From NCBI GenBank assembly GCA_964035545.1, contig OZ037767.1, positions 30,768,628 through 30,832,627 of the forward strand: a DNA stretch of 64,000 nucleotides, written 5' to 3'. Below, piece after piece: positions 1-28,500 of this stretch (position 1 is its first letter; each line of letters opens with the position of its first letter). Position numbers and translations under genes: made by a program. This DNA comes from Bugula neritina (lineage: Eukaryota > Animalia > Bryozoa). The notes beneath the pieces were generated by a model. It was given only the letters and a program-made list of their open reading frames with translations, had not been told where the DNA came from and made no database searches.

Positions 1-244
1 TCTGCTTGAATATACACCAGTGAACAACTGAGCGTGACAACTTTTTCATTATGTTATAGTACCATAGTCATCATATTTTTAGTGATTCTTGAACAAGCGC
101 CATAATCATACTTGAAATCGTTATATTGAATGAATATACATATGGCAATAGTATTTAATAAATAAGCAGCACCATAATATGGGAATTTGAAACTAAAAGT
201 TAACAATAAACTTGTAGTTCTAATTATTTTGATTTCAGCCAGTA

Positions 245-341
245 AACCAACCAACCAATTAATCAATCAACCAATAAATCAATCAACCAACCAACCAATA
301 AATCAATCAATCAACTTATAAATCAATCAATCAACCAATCA
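245..341. repeat. (CCAA/TCAA)n tetranucleotide microsatellite
   Basis: Direct reading of the sequence. Confidence 0.85.
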
Positions 342-579
342 TTTTTAAGGTGAGCCAGACAAACGCCTTTTTAACCACCCAACTGCCTTCTAGCATTTAT
401 CTCTAGTATCTTCGTTGATATATGTCTATTGAACATCCAAAAATATTGCAGAGTGGCCACTTCATTCGGCTACACAGTTATAACTGACTACTTTGCTCTG
501 AAAGTTATAGAAAATAAACCACACCTGTCCAGCCAATCACAGAGGGTGAGCAAATCGTTGTAAGAATTATGCCCACAAC

Positions 580-936
580 AGACTACAGTTGACACTCAAC
601 TGTGAATGCGTTTTTGGAGGCTAAACTTTGAACTCAGTGACATGAAGCTAGTAATTTTGAATAAGTGAAACTAGTAAATTACTATAAAAATAAATAGTAA
701 ATCTGATTGAATTATGCTAGTAAATCTCAATAAATTGCGCTAAATTTGATTTTTGGTTGCTGTGGATCCAGCAGAAACTAAGCTACAGGATTCCTATTGG
801 TTAAAAGTTTACTACAGGGCTAGAGACAGTTAGCTTTCAGCATTTGTAGTGAACTGTAGTGTGACCAGCAAAAAGTAGGAAGGTATGCTCCAGCAGCTCG
901 AAAAACGAGTTCACAGTTCAGTTTCGACTGTAGTCT
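580..936. mobile_element. Degenerate MITE-like element
   Basis: ~40-bp imperfect terminal inverted repeats: AGACTACAGTTGACACTCAACTGTGAATGCGTTTTTGGAG vs CTCGAAAAACGAGTTCACAGTTCAGTTTCGACTGTAGTCT. No clear TSD. Confidence 0.55.
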
Positions 937-2589
937 TTAGACCCCCATTACCCTAACTAACTCGAAGTGTTGTCACACTGAGCTGCCCCAAAGAGAAGAA
1001 ACCATATGACCAAATGTTCATATCTTGGACTTTTGCAAAACTCTTTAGAAGGAGATTAATACATCTGGTTTTCCTCCTCAGTTCATGAAGCTGTAGGCAG
1101 AGGCTCTGCAGAGGCTTTTAATTAATTAATGATGTAAGTACCAACTCCTGAGTTACTCTTGAGCCTACTTAGCCTTATGCTTAGCGAATTAAAATAAGCT
1201 TATTTTATATAAAATTTCATATTTGCTAAGAGTAAGAGTAAGCACAGTATTATATTATTATTATTATTAATCATAATACTATTATGAAATTGAATATAAT
1301 AATAAATATAATAATTTATTATCCTTTTTATTATACTAATATTTAGTTTTACGAATACAAATTAAAATATAATATGATTATGATATTTCCTATTAATATA
1401 ATTGCAATTTAAGTTATAATTCTCATGACAAGATGAAGGTGAGTTAGACAATAAAAACCATTATGATCATGACATTGACTTATGAGTGCGGGATGCCGAT
1501 AGTCTAAGTCATACTCATAGGATAGTCCTCATTACAAAAACAGTCCAATGACAACAAGCAATGTAAATATTAAATCTTATTTTTTATGATTATCATTATG
1601 ATAACATTAATTTTAAGTGATTAACCGTTAACGGAGTCACTATCACGATGAGTATGACTATCAGTATGAGTATCACTATGGTTATGCCAACGGTGACGGG
1701 TGACCCAGACTGTGATTACTGGTCCATCAATCAGAATGTTAAACTCAATGTGAAGTATAAAACTAAAAGCTAAAACTAAAATACTAAGACTAAGAGTAAG
1801 AGTAAGAGACAGTCATAGTGATAGAGTTAGACTCATAGAGTGAGAGTCAGAGTGATTATAATTTCTTGCAATCAGCAATGTGAATGTAACTTATAGAACA
1901 TAAAATCGCAGGGTGCTGTAATCAGCAATGCAGGCAAAGATTTTTTTAAAAGTATTGTTACATTATTGCCACATACTTAGAGTTAACAGACAATATACAT
2001 CGTCGCTGTGATTGTCATTGTCATTGTGATATTCATATTGAACGTAAGTACTGCAACATCGATAATACTATACAGCTGGTGTTTTAATCTTTCTGCTAGT
2101 TTCCGGTCGAACGCTTATTTACACAGAAGAACTCGTTATATTTCCGTTTCCACTCTGCTGTTTTTTTAGAAATACCCTATAATTGTAATGCTGGTACGAT
2201 TGCAATTATAATTCAGCATTATTTATTAAAAAATACTTATTTTTTAAGCATAAAAATTTATTAACAAATAATTTTTTATGCTTAAAATTTGTTAACATAT
2301 ACAATCAGAAAGAATTCTATTAAGAAGTTGCATATGCAAGTACAAATGATTAAATGGCCAATAGGCTCACCGGACTAGCTTATTTCGAGAGAGACAACTC
2401 CTCATAAACAAGGTTCAAGTGCTCAATTTCAGAAAAAGTCTCAGTCAGTGATGACCTACGCGAATTAGTATATTAATTAATTATTAGATTAGCTCCAAGT
2501 TTTTGTTACGCACGCTTATAAGAAACGATTTGCCAGTGAGATTGTCACTTATTTGTTTTAGTTAAACTGTACTGAAGCAGTTAAATAAC

Positions 2590-16907
<14,318 letters not shown>

Positions 16908-17865
16908 ACTCTAATCCACACGCAACGCCATCACAGCATGCTGGCAGTTGTCTGCCCTTTGCGCTGCTTTTTCCTGGAAACTCTGTATCTACTTTAAAAC
17001 TGGGTTTAATTTTGTAAAAGCTGTTATTATATGGAGTGGAGAGTTTGCTGTTTTATGATTCTGTTTATAAATTTCTTATAGTCTGGTATGACCTACAAAT
17101 TTAACCAAATGATGAATTATACAGACAGGTTGTAGGTAAAGTCTGTGAAATACACTTTACCTGCGACCTTTGACATTAAACCCTGCTAATGCTTTATTGA
17201 TATTACAGCAGCTGTACCAGTATTTGAAGTGATTAGCTTTGTTCTCTGTCAACTGGTCTAAATAAAGTAGTCCCCCTTTCTATTTAATACTAGTTTCATT
17301 ATCTTTTTTCGATATATCCTGGTTTCATTATTGTATAAACTATATAATCAGTGTTGGCCTGAAATGCCGATAATTACGCCACTCCTATGTATAGCATTTA
17401 TTTTTATATGTTGTGCATGGTTTGATTTTACTGGAGAGCAGACTTATCGTTTTGATAGACAATGGGATATTTTGTTAACATCTTCGTGTTTTTTCTAAGT
17501 GCCAGTTGTTTTGGGATATAGTGCCATGCTAATAGTCTCTGTAAATGAATTATCTCATTGTTTATGATCTTAGGCTAAGAAACTGGTTGATTAGGCGTGA
17601 TGACTTTGATAGCTGCTTGTAGCATGTGGGATATATATACTTGTATAAATATAATTTCTTTCCCAACAGTTTACTGTGGCCATAAATTGCTACACATTCC
17701 TGCACTATTATATGTATGTCTGTTAAATACATTATATTGTGGTAAACAAAGTATTGCTATTTTAATATATATTATGTCATTGCTATGCTAATAAGCGGTT
17801 TTATTATATCTTTTGTGTAATCTTTATCACTACTGCTGTTCATAAAAAATATAAATTCAGTTTTT

Positions 17866-17871
17866 AATAAA
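17866..17871 (+). terminator. Candidate calsyntenin polyadenylation signal (AATAAA); a proximal one lies at 17261
   Basis: AATAAA ~960 nt after the stop codon, followed by T/GT-rich sequence. Motif evidence only. Confidence 0.35.
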
Positions 17872-19625
17872 GTTTATTAAATAACACATTCTTCATAATG
17901 TTATTGTTATAAAACCTCAAGTAAAAATTGAATATTGCAAAGACAATTTAGTCACCCGTGACATTTAATCAATGAGGTTATGAGAGCTGCATGCCATCTA
18001 TCGCGTTGGAATGGTTCTATAAGCAGCATCGAGTCGGTAAAGGACGGTTTTAGTGGGATCTGATGTTGGTGTTTTGTCCCCAACTACTGCACTCATTCAC
18101 CAACAGCTCAGAGCTGCTTATAGAATCATTCATCGCGCGGAATCAAAGCCGAATGTATTGGTTTGGAGTTCAGTGAACGATCTGTATACAAAATATACTG
18201 TGTATAGTTACCCCTCACATCAGTGCTGCTTCTAGCATACTAGAACTAGAAGTTTCATTTTAAATTTGATTTATACTTGTAGTATATTATTAAGTTTACT
18301 GTTACCGTTAGTATTAGTATTACTATTACTACTACTATTACAGTAATACTATTAGTATGATTATACAACAATTAGTGAATTACAATATTAATATGAATCA
18401 GAATATCAATATCATTAATATTATTTATTAATATCATTATGATTATCAATATGAATATCAATATGAATATCAATCAATGAATCATTCAAATAATTTCAAT
18501 GTCATAATAATTAATATCAAATAATCAATATCACTATGATAATGATAATCACAATATGTATCACTATTAATCATGACGATTAATTATTTATTGATAATCA
18601 TAATCATAATGATGAGGATCAACTCATAATTTAAATTAATAGGAATAATTATTATTTATTTATTATAATAACAAATATAATGCTCATCATAATATTAATG
18701 ATAATGATAATCTAAATACATTTTAATTAATAAGTAAACAACATTAGGTGTTAGTTTACCAATACCAGTAGCCAAGACTATCAATATTAAGACTATTAGT
18801 ATTACTATGACTATGAGTATTACTATTAGTACTAGTAATACTAAGCCTAATACTAATACTAATAGTAATAGTCACTAGTGTGACTGTAATTCCCTTAAAA
18901 TCAGCATAATCTTATGACTTATCAGTATGAGTATCACATTTGACTTTGCACTCTGGTGTCACATTTTTACTCCAAGTGCTTAACCCTTACCCAATGCGGG
19001 ACAACTGTCTTTAAGCAATTAACATTGGACTTGATTGTTACTAATACCTGTCATAAACTTAGAGCAATAGTCATAGACCATAGCCATAGGCCTGCTCATA
19101 CTTACAGACACACTCACAGCGATATTCAACGCAATTCAGTGTGAATGTTATATTAACTTCAACTATAATATTGAGAGTATAAATTTATATGATCATCGAA
19201 AAACTTATTACACTTACAATAAAAAAGGAAAAAATAATTAAATAGTACCAATACCTGTCTACAGTTATTGGTGGAATTAATCTCTGCTGATTTTATCATT
19301 ATTTGCTGTTTTCTCCCAGTTTTAGTTTATTGCAATGCTCAAATTTACTAAATAATAGCTTGCTACTCTAAAATTGAATTTAAATGACAAAAAAACTTTC
19401 TTTATTGGTTGTTTTACTGCTGCTGGGTGGAATTTGCTGTTGAGGGGAGGTTGGTTATTGATGATACTGACTAACGGGCAAGATTGACTTATGAGTGATA
19501 TTTGAGTTAGGGACAAGGTTAATTAAAGAATAATGATATGCTGGTAGCTTATTAGATTAGTAGGTGCTCTAAGGGTTTAGGCCCACCACTGTCATGTGTT
19601 TTTTTATGTTTGATTTTTTTGCAGC

Positions 19626-22600
19626 ATGGCTGAAGCAGATCATCCTGTAGAAGCAGAGTGTGGATTTTGTTTACAGAGAGGCGACCTTGAGAATCCAAAG
19701 TCTCTACCATGTGGTCACATTCACTGTTTACTTTGTCTTACTAGGAATGTTATGGTCAATCACATGATCAGGTGTCCCTTTTGCAGGTATGTTTTTTAAC
19801 ATCAGCATCTTTGCAACTTTTCACTTTTGTAATGGATGAAACTGAATGTAACAAACTTATATCTCTATTAGGGCATATTTAGAAAGTGTGTAAAATGAAG
19901 TAAACCTAGGATGTTTGTGTGTGTATTATATTTCATTATGTTGTACGATTACATGTGTTACAGAGCAGTGTTTGATGGTAGTATAGAGACTCTGCCTTCT
20001 GCTGATGTAGAGGACAACTCCACATCATGCTTTGTCTGTACTAAGAAGGGGATAAAGAATATCCCAGCTGTGATATACTGTACTGTGTGCAGTAAACTCT
20101 TTTGTGGGAAACATAGAGAGGTACTGATTTAATCATATTTTTGAAATCTATTAAGAATTTAGAATATATAGTTCATATTATGCAAGTCTTCATTTACTAA
20201 TAGTAATTATATATGATAATTTAATGTTGGTGTTAAATTTCTTTTTTCTGTGATTGCTTTTATACAAGCCACTCAATTTTGATATGATATTTAATGCTGT
20301 GTATATTTGCTTTGCTTTGAGACTCTAACTTTCAAACCAGTTCTCTATTCTGATGTGTATAATGTGCTCTCCAGTCACATGATGACGTGAGTGATGACCA
20401 CCAGCAGTTGACCATCTCAGAATACAGAATACAAGCTAAGAGACTGGAAAGAAGAGTTTGTTCTAAACATACAGATTCTCCTTACTCTATAGGATGTAGA
20501 GTCTGCCTTCAGCTGTTTTGTGTGCAGTGTTTGTCCCGGGCCAACTCTTGTGTTGGAGGTAGGATATTCGCTTTACTCATACTTTACCATAATTGCTTAG
20601 TAGTGCACTAACATCTGCTATGTATTTGGTGTATGTTTTGAAACGAAGGCTCACAGCACGAGATGGTTAGTCTGGATAACTTAGTGGAGGAGCTGATTAA
20701 TCTGGAGGGACTGGTTGCTGCAGAAGACAAGATGTCTGTTTTGATGAAACAGATCGCTAAAACTATATCTGACTTTGATACAGAGACTGATGACTTGCTG
20801 CATTTACTCTACAGGCAACGGGATGAGCAGGTACTTCAGTATTCAGTAGTCTTTCTACTTCTGTTTCCTGTTCTATTCTGATACTGAAACAGAAGAGTTA
20901 CTAGACATTCTCCATACACAGCGTGATGAACAGGTGTGATTGATATCACATTTTCTAGAATGTGTTTGTTTCCTGTCACACCATGTAAAGGTTTTAATGG
21001 TTTACTCGTATGTTTTAGTTGGCTGAGGTGAGACTAAAGTATGAGAAACTTGAAGAGGAGTTCTTAGCTAGTAGAAAGAAAACTAAAGATGTACTGGATG
21101 CATACATGGAGAGAGAAGTTGGAACTGTTTTGTCTGAACTTAGCAACTACAAAATGAAATTAGAAGCTCAACTCAGACAAAACAATCAGGTGTGTAGACA
21201 CTGAGAAGTTTGTGTTTTGGCAATAAAGAAACTATGTTGGTGTATTATAACATTATTAAAATTTTTACCAAATTTACTCAGCAGTGATCAGTAATGGGAG
21301 TTGTAATGTTAGATTTTGGAGACGGAGAAATAATGAGCTTATCTGACAACATTAGAGTTGGTTGTAGAAGCGAATATTGTATATCACCACATTGCGCTGT
21401 ACTTACAATCTAGAGACTGGGTGTGCAGATTATCTAAACACTGAGGGTTTTAATGGCACTATGCGCCCCTTACTTTCTGGAATATAGTTTTTATTTCATA
21501 ATTTTGTAGTTTTACCATTGATATTACATAAACTGATTATCAAACTTCTTCATTTTTATTTGTAATAGGAAGTTATTTAGTTTATTTATGTTTGCTTTAA
21601 TACCATGTTTTATTACTATTATTTTCATCAATCATGTCATTCACTGTCAAGTTTGCTTTTCACTAGTTTATCCTTCAGTGTCAGAGTTTGTGTAGAAGTT
21701 GAATTGCTTTTACTCTGCTACCTGAACCTGCATCATTCTCATTCTATTCACAGGTGGATCTAGTTGAAGGTTATGCAGAGATTAAGGATAGAATACAGAG
21801 ACTTGTATCTGTTGAGATACCTGAACTAGAACTGTGTGATGTCATGACTCTAGAGGTCAAAGGTTTGCATTATTAGAGTGTTTTTGAAATAATAATTTAC
21901 TGTAACACTCGTTGCTGTACTTGCTGTAACACTCATGTAATACTTATAGCGGAAAAGAGAGGCATAGAGGTAGATATAGTTCCTACTGCAGACGTATCTA
22001 TTAGTTTGGATCAAGGAGTGACAAATTCTACCCCTCCAGTTCCCAAGATTCTCAAACTCTTACAGACTGTTGAGGCTTCTAACAACTGCTACTCTGTGAG
22101 TAGATATGAGGACTTCACTTATGTGGGGGTGTACGGCGGGAAGGTGGACAGGATAGACGCCAACGGGAACATCACGAAATCACTAATAGCTAGTACGGGA
22201 TACGTGTTTGGTCTTACAGTGTACAAGCATCTGCTGTACACCTTAGTGAATTATAACCAAAATAATTGGAAGGTAAATGTGTACGACCTTACAGGGAATC
22301 AGGTGACCAGCTGGCCTCACAGTGATAAAAATGGATTCACTAACAAACTAACTATCGTTGATGATCAGGTTGTGGTCCCTGACAGGCATAGTAAAAGGCT
22401 AACTCTTTACTCTCTTACTGGAGAGGTAATTAAACATGTCTCCTCTTCTCTAATCAGTAATAACACTGTAGCTATATGTGCAGCAGACAGACATTGTGTA
22501 GTAGTATCTGATAAAGCCTCTTCCAAAGTATTTAAGTTAGACCTGACAACAGAGAAAGTCATCTGGACATGTAGGGATGTGTCTAATCCACAAGGTGTGA

Positions 22601-23173
22601 CGTGCTATAGAAGTAAATATATTCTCTTAACTGATTCTAGCAGTAAGACTGCTGTTTGGATTCTGGATTTGAAGACAGGTTAGTTGGGAAATATTATATT
22701 ATTTAATTGATGCCACTTTTAATTGTAATCTCGTCTCTAGTTATTCTCCTTTCATTACTGATTACTAAAGTTAATCACTAATTAATTCTGTTTTATGCAC
22801 TGTAAACGATTATTATAACACATAGAAAGACAAAATGCACTAGAAATTGTATTTAATATTTTGCACAATATCATAATTCACTTTCACCCTGAGCTGTACT
22901 ATACGATTTATATGTATTTATGCTGAGTAAGTTTAGTATGTCGCAACCTTTTTATGCAAAATGAAGAGAAAAAAAATCAATAATATTTATTGAGTACAGT
23001 ATATACTGTGTATTGTAGTACATTGTATTATTTCATTTCCAGGTGCTAAACTCTCCACGATAGAAAATCCAGCTGATGGTCTCACCAATGTGTTTGATTT
23101 CCATGCACACCGGAAGACTTTAGTTGTGCCCAGATGGGGGGAGAAGAAGGTTCAGTTCTATCAGCTGACGTGA
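19626..23173 (+). CDS. TRIM-like RING/B-box/B-box/coiled-coil/NHL-like beta-propeller protein, copy 1 (most divergent paralogue)
   Basis: Exons 19626-19786, 19964-20120, 20375-20558, 20649-20830, 21019-21189, 21754-21862, 21950-22678, 23043-23173 (TGA). C3HC4 RING (CGFC..LPCGHIHCLLC..CPFC), B-box1 (CFVC..YCTVCSKLFCGKH..H..H), B-box2 (CSKH..GCRVCLQLFCVQC), helical region, propeller repeats (VVVPDR, VVVSD, PQGVTC). No stop or frameshift seen. Confidence 0.88.
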
Positions 23174-24893
23174 GTAGGTAACTCTTTAGCCTGTGTTCTT
23201 GCATACCTTGTCTAGTCATAAGGGTTGTATCAGTTGGTTTGTGATGGAGAACAAAGGCAAAGCCTAGTATTTCAGGTCAGGAAATTGTTAGTAAATGGAT
23301 AATTTGGATGAAATAGGTAATGATAGGTTTGGTTTGCTGATTGGTTTACTAATACATCGAATTTTATTGCAGATGAAGTTTTATTTAAAATGTTTATTGA
23401 AAAAGAAATAGTCGTGTTTCAAAACCTACTGCTTTCTTCCGCTTAGTTTGGGGAGGGTGACTGAAAAATTATACAGTATCTATTGAGTATAATCATGTTC
23501 CCATTTATTTTTAATTTTGAGCTTAAATATATATATGCTAACGAGTCCTTGATTCTGGATTAGTGAAAGGTGGTTGTTAGTATTCATTAGCGTCATATAA
23601 TAGTATTATAATAAGAACTGTTCTTTGTAGATGAAGGAAGGAACGCATTGGTGCCACAATCTCCAACGGCGATTTAACTACTGGCAATGGAATGCTGGAA
23701 TCTAAATATTTTGGTAGAGGTTATTTCATCAGTGTTTACCATCATAGATTTGTCTTCCCAAGTAGACTAGCTTTCAGAGGAATTCCCCAGCTATTAGCAA
23801 TATTTTATCTGCAGACTTCAATTTTAATGTTTAGAAGTTGTTGGAATGTATATTCATGGATTGATGTGATTGGTTATTAGTTCATAGCTGTTTATGGGTT
23901 GATATGATTGGTTGTTAATGCTTCATAGCTATGTATGGGTTGGTATGATTGGCTACTGACGTTTATAGCTCTTTACATAATCAATAACGTAATTAGAAGA
24001 GAGATGACAATCAGTACTATACTGAAGTGTTGATCTTTGGTTTAGTTTTAATATGAGTGTAAAATGTTTATATCCTGTCCTGGAAAATGCTATAAATGTC
24101 GGAGAAGCCTATGGGTGATAATTTTGTATACTCTTCTTTATGATAAGTACATGGTGGCTTTTTCTCATAATCTTCTTGTATATGCTCTAGATCTCAGTGA
24201 TTTACTAATAAATATTTTCAAGCATATTTCAACTGAAGTTGCTATTGCTTGATATGTATCGCAAAATAAAAATTTGTAGCATTAATTTGAGTTTTGATAT
24301 AATTTATCATTTAGCAGTTTGGGTTACTACATATTAGATAAAACCAGTTATTAGTTATAATGCCAACGCACCTGTATTACTTGATGCACTAATGTTGTCA
24401 AATAATTGCCCAAATTCCCTCCCCCCCCTCCGGCAAGGATGATGTTATATTTCTCAACTTTTAGTTCAGACACTTACATTGGTGTAATATATATGAATGA
24501 GCAAGTTTAGTTTAAACTATTTCATAACAGTTTGATCTTAATAGTATAATTGGCTGAGAAATAAACTTCCAATTTATTTTAATCCGGCAGTCATTGGTTA
24601 TGTATATTGCCCTCTCTGAGTCTGCATGATTGATGACAATGGTGAAGGAAAGAGTAAAGAAACCGTTCATTTTTGTACTACTGCGGTAACAAACAAATAT
24701 CATTGATTTTTATTAAAAATACTCAGACGCTTTAGATACAAGGTATACTTTACACGCACATCGTATATGCATGCGAAATTATTGCATTATGCATTGCTAA
24801 GCGAGTTAGAACACGGGAGTCGTCTTTTCTACATGTCTATTGCTAATATTTTCGCAGTTGCAAGCTGCGAAAACCCGCATTAATACTTCCCTT

Positions 24894-24943
24894 GGAAATC
24901 CCCAAATAATTATAAGGCTTCAGTTAGAGTTCGGTAAAAGTAG
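24894..24943 (+). promoter_or_regulatory. Putative core promoter and short non-coding first exon of copy 2: kB-like GGAAATCCCC, Inr-like TCAGTT, donor TAG|GTAAGT
   Basis: Motif block conserved upstream of copies 2-6. The intron ends at an AG ~27 nt before the ATG. Confidence 0.55.
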
Positions 24944-25585
24944 GTAAGTTGAACATTAGCAAATCTAGAAATTATTATATCAATTAATGGTTGTGCTTTT
25001 GATATTCATAAATTAAAATTGCACTATTTTTGTAACTGAAATAAGAGTTTTTGCCAGTACCACTTTACTCACCCCATATGAGCCAACCATCTGCAGTGTA
25101 CTTCTATGAGTATGACTATAGATAATACTAATAGTAATACTAATAGTAACAGACATAGTCAGTATCATAGTGATAGTATTACTTTTACTATTAATATTAC
25201 ATTTTAATTTACTATTACTATTAGTATTAGTGTTACTCTTAGCATTCGCATAATTTAAATTATAACTACAGCTCTATAAGTATTACTATTAGTATTACTC
25301 TTACAGATAATAACTATTAGTATTACTATTACTATTAGTCTATAATGCATTTAGCTTTACTATTACTATTACTATTAGTATTACTATTAGCAAATGATAT
25401 TAACTAACTATAAGTATTAATATAGGTGAACACAACTGTAATTGTGACTAGTAGTTATTCTATAGTCTAGTAGTAGTAATACTTAAAATTTATCGTTCCG
25501 TATCTATAAATATTAATATCCAACTCATTTAATGTATATTAAATTACTATTTTTTCAGGTAATCTGAAAACTATTTTGAAACAAG

Positions 25586-28500
25586 ATGGCTGAAGCAGAG
25601 CCCAGGGAGATAGAGTGTGGGTTTTGTTTGTTAAAGGAAGGTCTTGAGAACCCAAAGTCTCTACCATGTGGTCACATACATTGTTTAGTTTGTCTAACTA
25701 GAAATTATGACGCTAATGACCTGATCAGATGTCCCTGGTGCAGGTAAGTTTTATTATAAACTATGTTATTCTCAGACTACAAGTGTATCTATTTAACTTC
25801 ATAGTGTGACCCTGATGCATGTTGAGTGTACTTTCTATTATATTCGGCATTATATGTGTTACAGAGAAGTGTTTGATGTGAGTATAGAGACTCTGCCTTC
25901 TGCTGATGTAGAGGACAACTCCACATCATGCTTTGTCTGTACTAAGAAGGGGATAAAGAATATCCCAGCTGTGATATACTGTACTGTGTGCAGTAAACTC
26001 TTTTGTGAGAAACATAGAGAGGTACTTTAGTGTTGACTCTCTTGTTTGAATAGTTGAATCTGCATAAAAAATGAAACCAGACAAAAACACCTGCCTTCCT
26101 GACATTCAATATCTTCTTTAGGTCCATGACATTGTTAGTGATGATCATCAGCAGATGACCATATCTGAATACAGAATACAAGCTAAGCGACTGGAAAGAA
26201 GAGTTTGTTCTAAACATACAGATTACCAAATATCTCTGGGATGTAAACTCTGTGCTCAACTGTTTTGTGTGCAGTGTTTATCTCAGGCCGACTCTTGTGT
26301 TGGAGGTGAAATTTTTATCTTGCTCCTGATACTATTTATTCACATTTAATGTGCATGATAATTGGAAAAAAAAAAATTTTACTATACTCTATAATGACTA
26401 CAACATTCTAGTCTGTTGGCTTGAATTAGTTACTAGAGTTGCCTCACACCTAGTAAATGAGATTTTATATATACAAATTATAGCAAATTGATAGCAATAT
26501 TTGGGATCATCTAACTGAAAGTCGTCTATCTGGAATGACACCCAAATCATTGTGGATTCTGTGACTGTTTTATCCTGTAACATTAACTGTAGTTTAGTAA
26601 TACATTTCCAGGTTCACTGCATGACATGGCTGGGTTAGATGACCTCATCAAGAAACTGGTGAATGTAGAAGAACTGATTACTACAGAAGACAAAGTATCT
26701 TCTCTCTTCAAACAACTTTCTAAAACTATATCTGACTTTGATACTGAAACAGGAGAGTTACTAGACATTCTCCATACACAGCGTGATGAACAGGTGTGAT
26801 TGGTGTCACATTTTCTAGAATGTGTTTGTTTCCTGTCACACCATGTAAAGGTTTTAATGGTTTACTCGTTTGTTTTAGTTGACTGAGGTGAGACTAAAGT
26901 ATGAGAAACTTGAAAAGGAGTTCTTAGCTAGTAGAAAGAAAACTAAAGATGCACTGGATGCATACATGGAGAGAGAAGTTGGAACTGTTTTGTCTGAACT
27001 GAGTAAAAGTAGAATGAAGATAGACGCTCAACTGAGACAAAACAATCAGGTGTGTAGAGTTGACATACAAGTAACTTGTGTTGAATAATTGAGTCTAAAG
27101 AACACAGTATTGTGTAAGTTGTACAACATTACTCATATTGTTAGAGTTTTTCTTTTTTACCAGTCTCTAGGTTTTCTTGTTGTTTGAACTGGTCTTAAAC
27201 TTATATGATAATTGTATCGCATGATTATCTACTGTACTTGAAAACAGTTTTGTTTGAGTGAATAAATGTAAATTGTTGAATTGATAGGATAGTTTGAAGA
27301 AAAGTGGGAAGTATTTTCAAAATTTTGAGAAAATCCTTGAGTGAACTAATGTTCCACTAGTGACTAAAGTACAAGTATATTTCATAGCTAGATGTTAAAG
27401 GGATAACTTCTGAACTCCTGTTTGGTTTTATATTCCAAAATGCAGTTTCAAAAGAGAAGCTTAAAAAGGTTTATGTTGATATTCATTCTCTCTATTAAAT
27501 ATTTTCTGATTATTGGAGAAGTTTTATTAAAACTTTCCAATCCAATTTAGAAGCTGGTTTAGCTGTGTGGCCTTTTTGATTTGCTAAAGCACTTAGCATG
27601 TTTTTATCAACTATCAGTGAGTCAGTGATATTCATTGAGTAGATTTTTTAAAGTTTTTATTCTGCATTAAACAAGAAAGAATCAGTTTTAATTTCACATT
27701 ATTGTTGCTATTCTTCATGTAATTATAGTTGATCTCTATTCACAGGTGGATCTAGTTGAAGGATATGCAGAGATTAAGGATAGAATACAGAGACTTGTAT
27801 CTGTTGAGATACCTGAACTAGAACTGTGTGATGTCATGACTCTAGAGGTCAAAGGTTAGGTAATATAAGCTGACTATTGTATATTCATGTAGTACTGTGT
27901 TACTGAATATGTTGTATTTATTTTTACTCTCTACATCGTAGTCAATCTATACTCTCTTATATTAATTACTAGATTTAATTGTATAGGAAAGATAGAACAT
28001 TACAACTCTTGTGTAGAATACAATAACCATACACACCAGTTTATCAACATTACTTCTACTTGTCATATGATACGGTGTAGAGATCTTTGTATATACTCCG
28101 TATAGTTTTATACAAGTTTGTGTATTCTTTGAAACCCAGCATTGAACTGTCATTATAATATTTTCTGCTACTATATAATATATTCACTGCTATTATATAA
28201 TATATTCACTGCTATTATATAATATATTCACTGCTATTATATAATATATTCACTACTATTATATAATATATTCACTGCTATTATATAATATATTCACTGC
28301 TATTATATAATATATTCACTACTATTATATAATATATTCACTGCTATTATATAATATATTCACTACTATTATATAATAGATTTCCTATAAACTCACCCTA
28401 TTTCTATATTCTTTATCACTCCATGTTGAACTATAATGTTATCTTTCCTATTGTATAACATTATCTTCACTACTGTTACATTACATTATATTCTCTACTG

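Noticed and set aside
1-2500. Additional gene upstream of calsyntenin
   Set aside because: Only scattered splice-like motifs and a weak 70-aa ORF overlapping a microsatellite; no coherent exon chain found.
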